Source: a candidate division WWE3 bacterium (lineage in GTDB: Bacteria; Patescibacteriota; WWE3; UBA101185; UBA10185). Taken from it: DNA of 64,000 nt. Below are positions 57,603 to 64,000 of the stretch, one piece after another. Position 1 is the first letter of the stretch; every line of letters begins with the position of its first letter. The notes under the pieces were generated by a model. It made no database searches and was not told where the DNA came from. It saw only the letters and a list, made by a program, of their open reading frames with translations. The DNA is taken from positions 174,775-238,774 of the forward strand of contig JACPGI010000004.1 of NCBI GenBank assembly GCA_016182565.1. Direction: 5' to 3'. Position numbers and translations under genes: made by a program.

Positions 57603-58976
57603 TTATTTACCTCTTAGAAATGCGGGAATATCGTATTTTCTATCTTCGTCTGATTCTTTTTCAGATTGATATATCACTTTTTGTGGTGTTTGAAAATTTT
57701 TCTGGCCTTGTTGACTTGAAAGATTACTTGAGTTACGTATAGATTCTTGATCAACCTGAGCTGGTTTAGATTGTGTTTTATTACTTTCTAAGTCGTAGTT
57801 GGGGGTTATCGTTGTATTTAAACTATCTGATACATCAGAAGGTAATATATAGTTACCGGGAATTCCCCCGCTTACGTTTACTGGAGTATTTAACATCTCC
57901 TCAGTGTAGTTATCTTTTCCAGAATTATATGTATCTCTTATAGTCTCTCTTGCTGTTCGTCTTGGAGAAAGTGAATCAGAAATTCTAACTTCTTTCATAC
58001 CTAACTGTGTTTTAATATCACCACCAGTTTCAAAACCGGTCGCAATAACGGTAATTTTTATCTGGTCTCTTAGGCTTGGATCAATTGTAGTACCAAAAAT
58101 TATGTTGGCATCTGTACTTGCGGCTTCATTTATAATCTTTGCGGCTTCATCCACTTCTCTCATGCTCATGTCAATTCCACCCACAATATTAAACAAGATG
58201 CCAGTAGCACCTTCTATATCAACTTCTAAAAGTGGTGAGGATATCGCAGCACGGGCAGCAGTTACAGCCCTATTTTCACCGGTACCAATACCAATCCCCA
58301 TCAAAGCAGATCCGGCATTTTTCATAACAGTTCGAACATCTGCAAAATCTACGTTAATAAGTCCTGGCATAACAATAAGGTCAGATATACCTTGTACACC
58401 CTGGTGCAAAACACTATCAGAAACTCTGAATGCATCAAGGACAGACATTGTCTCATCCGCAATTTCAAGTAGCTTTTGGTTTGGAATAGTAATTAAAGCA
58501 TCGACTTCTTTTTTCAGGGCAGTTGCCCCTCTTTCGGCATTTGCCATACGCTGAGCACCTTCAAAGTTAAATGGCTTTGTGACTACACCTATTGTTAATG
58601 CGCCTAAATCTCTTGCGATAGCGGCAATCGTAGGAGAAGCGCCAGTTCCCGTACCTCCACCCATGCCAGATGTAACAAAAACCATATCACTTCCTTCAAG
58701 ATTTGCTTTTATGATCTGCAAAGATTCTTCAGCAGCCGTTTTTCCCACCTCAGGGTCAGCACCTGCACCAAGACCTTTTGTAATATCTTGTCCAATCGGG
58801 ATTTTAATAGCAGCTTTATTTACAGAAAGTGCTTGAGCGTCGGTATTGATTGCAATGAATTCAACACCTTGAATTTGTTGAGATTCGATCATGGTATTAA
58901 TAACGTTGCAACCTGCACCACCAACGCCTACCACTCTTATTTTTGCAAATTTTTCTATTTCTGGTTTTACAAACAT
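57603..58976 (-). CDS. ftsZ: cell division GTPase FtsZ
   Basis: GVGGAGCN and GGGTGTG tubulin signature; a long, variable C-terminal tail. Confidence 0.9.
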   Translation of the reverse strand: MFVKPEIEKFAKIRVVGVGGAGCNVINTMIESQQIQGVEFIAINTDAQALSVNKAAIKIPIGQDITKGLGAGADPEVGKTAAEESLQIIKANLEGSDMVFVTSGMGGGTGTGASPTIAAIARDLGALTIGVVTKPFNFEGAQRMANAERGATALKKEVDALITIPNQKLLEIADETMSVLDAFRVSDSVLHQGVQGISDLIVMPGLINVDFADVRTVMKNAGSALMGIGIGTGENRAVTAARAAISSPLLEVDIEGATGILFNIVGGIDMSMREVDEAAKIINEAASTDANIIFGTTIDPSLRDQIKITVIATGFETGGDIKTQLGMKEVRISDSLSPRRTARETIRDTYNSGKDNYTEEMLNTPVNVSGGIPGNYILPSDVSDSLNTTITPNYDLESNKTQSKPAQVDQESIRNSSNLSSQQGQKNFQTPQKVIYQSEKESDEDRKYDIPAFLRGK

Positions 58977-59037
58977 GTTAAAAAAATACGCTACACAAAT
59001 AAACTTGCATAACGCTTCCTTGTCTGTCCGTTAAATT

Positions 59038-60288
59038 TTAGGGCAGGAATGATTTAATCTTGTCGAACAAACTAGACAGGATATTTCCTATCTTACCTTT
59101 TTGAGAATCAAATGACAACAAGTTTCCGCTCTTTATAAGTTTAGCTCCGTATACAAGCTGGCCAACTGTAGAGGCGAATGCTGGACTTTCTATTTCATCT
59201 ATAAGTCCTGTGACCCCCTTTGGATATCCAATTCGTACAGGAGTTCGTAAAATCTGTTTTGCAACCCTTTCAACTCCCGCAGTCATAGCCCCACCCCCGG
59301 TAACAACAACCCCTGCGGGAAGCTTACCCACTAAATCTGCTTTTTTTATTTCAAGGGCAATTAAGCTAAAAATTTCATTGAGTCTAGCATCAATTATTCC
59401 ATATAATAATTTTCTAGGAACTGTATCAAGGTCAAGGCCATATTCTGCAACATTAAAATCCTCACCTTGATCTTTATCAAAAGAACTAAACTTATTCTTT
59501 TCATCACTAAGTCTTATTTTTATATTCTCGGAAGCCTCCATATGAGCACGAAGTCCAATGGCTAAATCACTTGTTATATGCTTTCCACCAATTGGTAAAA
59601 CATCAGAATAAACTGGGCTTCCATCAAGAAATGCAATAAGTGAAGTTGTACCACCACCAATATCGACAAGAAGTGTACCAAGTTCTTTTTCAGTGTCTGT
59701 CAAGACAGCTTCAGCTGCTGCAACACCAACGTACACCATAGCTTCAACACCTACATTTACCTGCTCGACACATTTAGCCAAGTTTCTCATGGCAGTAGAA
59801 GATCCATGAATAATATTTGTTTCAACTTCAAGCCTTATACCAGACATACCAACAGGATCTTTGATGCCATCCTGTGAATCTACAATAAAATCTCTTGGAA
59901 TAACATGAATTATTTCACGTGAGTTGGGTAAAGACACAGCTTGAGCCGCTTCTGTGACACGAGCAACATCCTCAGAAGTAATTTCAGCTCCTTGATGGGA
60001 CACTGCTACAACTCCGTGGGAATTTAAAGTTTCGATATGGGAACCATTTATGGTAACAAAGGCTGAAGACACAGAAACTCCAGCCATTCTCTCGGCTCTT
60101 TCTAAGCTAAAAGAAATTGCTTGTACTGCCTCATCAATATCAACAACATTACCTTTTTTGATACCTTTTGAGGGTACAGCACCACTCACACCAATAACTG
60201 AAATTCTATTTTCAACTAAAGCGGCGATAATTGTGCTTATTTTTGATGATCCGACGTCTATTGCTGTAATTATTTTTTCTTTGGGCAT
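59038..60288 (-). CDS. ftsA: cell division protein FtsA
   Basis: Actin-fold with the AIDVGSSKI N-terminus; 416 aa; located upstream of ftsZ. Confidence 0.85.
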   Translation of the reverse strand: MPKEKIITAIDVGSSKISTIIAALVENRISVIGVSGAVPSKGIKKGNVVDIDEAVQAISFSLERAERMAGVSVSSAFVTINGSHIETLNSHGVVAVSHQGAEITSEDVARVTEAAQAVSLPNSREIIHVIPRDFIVDSQDGIKDPVGMSGIRLEVETNIIHGSSTAMRNLAKCVEQVNVGVEAMVYVGVAAAEAVLTDTEKELGTLLVDIGGGTTSLIAFLDGSPVYSDVLPIGGKHITSDLAIGLRAHMEASENIKIRLSDEKNKFSSFDKDQGEDFNVAEYGLDLDTVPRKLLYGIIDARLNEIFSLIALEIKKADLVGKLPAGVVVTGGGAMTAGVERVAKQILRTPVRIGYPKGVTGLIDEIESPAFASTVGQLVYGAKLIKSGNLLSFDSQKGKIGNILSSLFDKIKSFLP

Positions 60289-60366
60289 TAGTTTTTTGTT
60301 TCTTTTTCTAAATTTAAAGCTACTTTTCCTTTAATATTAGCTTTTTTCCTATTTTCCATTGATCAA

Positions 60367-61188
60367 TTACCTATATGATACTATTACTTTATCAAACCGT
60401 AAATCAATCTTTTGAATGTTCTTTCCTCCCGTCTTTAATTGAGTTACAAGTTGTGAGACTACCTCCATACTTTTTTTGATATTTTTGTCATTACCAATCA
60501 ACACTTCAACTGAATCATCAATATACATGGAAAGGTAATCACTGTGTAGACTCATACTACTAGATTTCAATTTTTCAATATCAACTGCTTTTAAAACTTC
60601 AAAATAAACGGCTAGTGAATCCTTATCTAAAAAGTAGCCCACCGAAATATCACCTTGATACAAAATTCTCGGCAGATTAGTTTTTGTCTCATCCACAATA
60701 CCAAGTACATAACCATCGATATCTACAATAAAATAGTCCTGTGTTTTACCATTTGAAACTACAGCTATAGGTGTGCGTTCTATTATTTTAACTTTAATTT
60801 TATTTGGTAAATTCTTTGTAATATAAACTGAACTTGCTCCCTGAAAGTTTTTTGTCAAAGAATCCTGCAATTCCTTAATATTGAATGTAAAAAAATTTTT
60901 GTTATAGGAGCGGTTCTTAGCAAGTTCCAGTACATCTGTAGCGCTAACAAAAGTTTTAGCCCCTTCTACAGATATATCAGAAATGTAAAAATTCCCGAGT
61001 TTAAAAACAACAAAATAACCTGCTAGTAATATTATGAGTAAAACAAGGATAGGGGTAAGAACATGCATAATTTTTGCTAACAGATGATTTGATTTTTTAG
61101 GAACAATAGGCACAACAGGCTTACTTACACTGCGTCTATCAAAATAGGAGGCCTTAGTTTGTATTGGAAATTGATATGATTTCATCAA
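60367..61188 (-). CDS. ftsQ: cell division protein FtsQ/DivIB (POTRA)
   Basis: Single TM helix followed by POTRA-like region; positioned between murG and ftsA. Confidence 0.65.
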   Translation of the reverse strand: MMKSYQFPIQTKASYFDRRSVSKPVVPIVPKKSNHLLAKIMHVLTPILVLLIILLAGYFVVFKLGNFYISDISVEGAKTFVSATDVLELAKNRSYNKNFFTFNIKELQDSLTKNFQGASSVYITKNLPNKIKVKIIERTPIAVVSNGKTQDYFIVDIDGYVLGIVDETKTNLPRILYQGDISVGYFLDKDSLAVYFEVLKAVDIEKLKSSSMSLHSDYLSMYIDDSVEVLIGNDKNIKKSMEVVSQLVTQLKTGGKNIQKIDLRFDKVIVSYR

Positions 61189-62356
61189 CTATAAGTTTTG
61201 CTGAATTTTTATTCACTAAGGTATCTATTTTATCGTTAGCGGAAAAATTTGAGATATTTAAAAGCATTAATTTCAAAGTACTTACAAAAGTTTTGGAATC
61301 TAAATCTTTTTCTTCAAGTATCTGAACAAGGCCACAACTTGCAGCAAATTTAGCGTTCTCAAATTGTTCATTATGTGAAACCCAGGAAATTGGGATTAAA
61401 AGCGCTATCTTTCTAAGAGCTAAAATTTCAGCTACTGTGTGGGCCCCGGCTCGTCCGACAACTAAGTTCGCTTTGGAATATGCCTCACCTATCTCATCTG
61501 CTAAAACAAATTTCCGAAGAAAATATATGCCCTTAAAAGACGCCTCATTTTTAAATGACTTTAATTTTTTATAGATTTGCTCAAGTTGTTCAAAATCATT
61601 TGTTTTAGAATAATCTCCAGTTTGATGAATTACATTACAAAACCCCAAAATTTCGCCTAAACACTCTCCGATGATTGTATTTATAGTGTGTGACCCTGAT
61701 TTACCGGTAGTAATATAAATTGTCGGTAGGTTATTAGTTGATACAAAATTATTGGATTTGGGGGTAAAAATTTCAGTTCGAAGAGGGATACCTGTTTCCA
61801 CAATTTTGTCTTTATCAAAATAGTTAGCTGACTGTGGCCACGAAATTAAAATCTTTTTAACAAATTTTGCTATGAATTTATTTGCATAACCTGAAACTAT
61901 TGTCTGTTCATGGGTAAGACTTGGAACACCTTGTAACCACCCGCATACAACAATCGGAACAGCAAGATAGCCACCGAAAGAAAGAATAACAGTTGGTTTT
62001 AGTTTTAATAAAAGAAAAAATGCCTGAATAAAGCCAAGTGGCACCTTAAGAAGTCTTTTCAAATTAAAGTTCCGATATACTTTTCCTGCATTCAGTTCAT
62101 AAAACGGAATTCCTAGTGATGTTATCTCTCTATACTCTAAAGTTGTATTTTTATCATTAAGAAGGCTGTGTTTATGGCCAATCCAAGTTATCCCAAGTGA
62201 TACTAAATTCTTCTTTTCGTACTTTTTTAGCTCTTCAATTACAGGCATTGCACTTGAGTGATGTCCTCCCGTAATAACAATCTTTAAGGTTTTGGGTGAC
62301 AATATATTTTGAGGATCTTTTAAGTCTTGTGGCATTGCGAATTTATTATCCCACAT
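61154..62356 (-). CDS. murG: undecaprenyldiphospho-muramoylpentapeptide beta-N-acetylglucosaminyltransferase
   Basis: GT28 family; GRAGAHTVAE C-terminal motif; dcw context. Confidence 0.75.
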   Translation of the reverse strand: MWDNKFAMPQDLKDPQNILSPKTLKIVITGGHHSSAMPVIEELKKYEKKNLVSLGITWIGHKHSLLNDKNTTLEYREITSLGIPFYELNAGKVYRNFNLKRLLKVPLGFIQAFFLLLKLKPTVILSFGGYLAVPIVVCGWLQGVPSLTHEQTIVSGYANKFIAKFVKKILISWPQSANYFDKDKIVETGIPLRTEIFTPKSNNFVSTNNLPTIYITTGKSGSHTINTIIGECLGEILGFCNVIHQTGDYSKTNDFEQLEQIYKKLKSFKNEASFKGIYFLRKFVLADEIGEAYSKANLVVGRAGAHTVAEILALRKIALLIPISWVSHNEQFENAKFAASCGLVQILEEKDLDSKTFVSTLKLMLLNISNFSANDKIDTLVNKNSAKLIVDEIISISNTN

Positions 62357-62413
62357 TAAAGCTAAGGTTAAAAACTGGATTTCAGATATAAGATAAATAG
62401 ATAAAAAATATTT

Positions 62414-62439
62414 AAGGCGCCGTTGAAATGTGGCGCCTT
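62414..62439 (-). terminator. hairpin AAGGCGCC-N10-GGCGCCTT downstream of 62460..63302
   Basis: 8-bp GC-rich stem with an A/T-rich flank on the minus strand. Confidence 0.45.
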
Positions 62440-62459
62440 AAAATTAAAGTGACATTGAA

Positions 62460-63302
62460 TTACTCCCTCTTCTTTGTCCACATGTGCAGGAAGTACATAT
62501 CTAAGTGAAACCAAATAACAAGAAGGTAAATCAAAGTCCAAACGCATATCCCAATTGGATTTAACCCCTTCATGGGTGAAATCAACATTAAGAATAAGGC
62601 GAAGGGCCAAGACTGAACACTAAACAAGTCACGGTATTTAAGTTTATCGGGATCTATTTGTCCTCCCCGAGTGACATCATTGATTCGGCTTAATGCATAG
62701 CTCGCAGCGTAGATAAAAAATACCATTACCATAAGCTGAACCAAGCCGAAATTTTGGCCCCAAATTATGCTTTTTGAACCGAAACCCAGGAAAAGCAGAA
62801 CTGCCACAGTTATACCCCTAAAATTACGCAGGACCAGTCTTATTAATTGACCCAAACCTGTAATCAAATGGAGAAGTTCGGTGTCTGGTGCAGGTGGGTA
62901 TTTCCAATTGAAAGCCAATGTCGCCATAACCACCCCAAAGAATATCAAAAACACGTAAAGGTAGTTGAATGGGGAGCTTAGTGTTGCTACCCAAAGCATC
63001 CCAATACATATAAACATGATCGCGCCGGCTGTGTCTTCAAAGAAATGATAGTCCTTTGAAACTTGTCCTTTATTCCCACTTCCTGCCACGATAACCACCT
63101 CATGCACCCGCACAACGCGCGTAAGTAGGTAACAAATCAAGGTGATAATGGCAAAATTTTGCCATATTGGCGCATCAGCCGGCCAGAGAAGTTTGCGAAA
63201 AACCACCCCACCAAACACAACCAGCAGAAACAATATGGCATCAAAGATAAAGGCCAATGTCTTCACCCCAGCACCAGTCTTAATTAAATTCAAGCTGTTC
63301 AT
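62460..63302 (-). CDS. hypothetical polytopic membrane protein embedded in dcw cluster
   Basis: 280 aa, about 8 TM helices; no family-diagnostic motif recognised; GC slightly above local average. Confidence 0.5.
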   Translation of the reverse strand: MNSLNLIKTGAGVKTLAFIFDAILFLLVVFGGVVFRKLLWPADAPIWQNFAIITLICYLLTRVVRVHEVVIVAGSGNKGQVSKDYHFFEDTAGAIMFICIGMLWVATLSSPFNYLYVFLIFFGVVMATLAFNWKYPPAPDTELLHLITGLGQLIRLVLRNFRGITVAVLLFLGFGSKSIIWGQNFGLVQLMVMVFFIYAASYALSRINDVTRGGQIDPDKLKYRDLFSVQSWPFALFLMLISPMKGLNPIGICVWTLIYLLVIWFHLDMYFLHMWTKKRE

Positions 63303-63420
63303 GGAAGTCTCCTAAATTTTCTTTTTTTCTTTGGATTTGAAAAATCTTGAAGTTGATTATATTTCTTCTTAATTCGCACTTTAGCACTTGGAGTAATATT
63401 TCTCAACTTATACCTAAGGA

Positions 63421-64000
63421 TTAATAATTCTTATTTTGAGATGAAATATTCACCAGAAGACCCAAAGCCATCAAGCTAAAAACCGTAGAGGAACCACCAT
63501 ATGAAACCAGGGGCAAAGGAACACCTGTCAGCGGAATGATTCTTGTCATTGCAGCAATATTTATAAAAAACTGACCTGCAAGCCAAGTAGTAATACCAGT
63601 TGCCAAAATCCTGCCAAACAAATCCTGAGATTTTTCAGCCACCGAATAACCCTTGTAAATAAGAAAACTAAATGTTAACACAAATAAAGTTGTACCAATA
63701 AATCCAAACTCCTCTCCAATAATTGCAAAAATAGAATCTGCTGCAACTTCCGGTAAATACTGAAACTTCTGCCTTGACTGCCCAAAACCTAGTCCAAACA
63801 GTCCCCCAGATCCCAAAGCAATTTGAATTTGTTTTATGTGGTAACCAAGAGATAAATCGCCCCCATCACCAGGACTTAAGAAAGTTAAAAGTCTTGCTCT
63901 TCTATAAGCTGAAGAAAACATAAAACCTAAACCAAGAATTGACATAATAGGAGTCAAAATTAAGATTGGTGCTATGGGAGCACCTGAAACAAAATACATC
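63421..64000 (-). CDS. ftsW: SEDS-family FtsW/RodA, C-terminal part (gene start lies beyond window end)
   Basis: SEDS C-terminal blocks (PLTGVPLPLVSYGGSS). The reading frame is open to 64000. Sits upstream of murG. Confidence 0.75.
   Translation of the reverse strand, partial: MYFVSGAPIAPILILTPIMSILGLGFMFSSAYRRARLLTFLSPGDGGDLSLGYHIKQIQIALGSGGLFGLGFGQSRQKFQYLPEVAADSIFAIIGEEFGFIGTTLFVLTFSFLIYKGYSVAEKSQDLFGRILATGITTWLAGQFFINIAAMTRIIPLTGVPLPLVSYGGSSTVFSLMALGLLVNISSQNKNY

Noticed and set aside
58102-59012. Plus-strand ORFs inside ftsZ (150, 85 and 74 aa) and others inside ftsA, nrdJ, gatA and ileS
   Set aside because: They are shadow ORFs antisense to strongly conserved core genes.

Overview
This is a low-GC (about one third G+C by eye), gene-dense bacterial chromosomal segment with short intergenic spacers and seven scattered single tRNA genes (His, Glu, Lys, Asp, Gly, Thr, Val). 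Most genes are core housekeeping. The right end carries a minus-strand division/cell-wall (dcw) cluster, ftsW(partial)-[unknown membrane protein]-murG-ftsQ-ftsA-ftsZ, followed by nrdJ (class II, B12-dependent RNR) with a PduO-type cob(I)alamin adenosyltransferase, ileS, a second SEDS gene (rodA/ftsW family) and a LytR_C-domain protein. Other core genes are gatC-gatA-gatB, polA (no 5' nuclease domain), a PolX-PHP polymerase, a ClpC/ClpE-like AAA+ ATPase, htpX, lemA, tmk, pyrD, ddl, murF, rsmI, lepB and ribosomal proteins L19/L21/L27. The reduced domain content and K-rich ribosomal protein tails suggest a small-genome (possibly CPR/Patescibacteria-like) organism; that is inference only, and the standard genetic code appears to be used. 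Six loci look non-routine. (1) A 131-aa HEPN-like (Rx4H) ORF is translationally wedged between gatA and gatB. (2) A tRNA-Gly-flanked pair encodes a P-loop kinase and a putative pol-beta-fold nucleotidyltransferase. (3) A PIG-L deacetylase, a GT4 glycosyltransferase and a GC-rich unknown gene form an apparent operon (low-molecular-weight-thiol or glycolipid-like). (4) A 737-nt intergenic region holds a consensus sigma70 promoter, a GNRA hairpin terminator and tRNA-Thr, making it a candidate small RNA. (5) A compositionally foreign SH3b gene sits next to a 530-nt non-coding stretch with tandem repeats. (6) A surface-glycan cluster contains a Wzy-like ligase, a Wzx flippase, a clan GH-A hydrolase and a GH18 protein. 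A HelD-like helicase gene running off the left edge (minus strand, 1..1154) is absent from the supplied ORF track. No CRISPR array, transposase or rRNA was seen.
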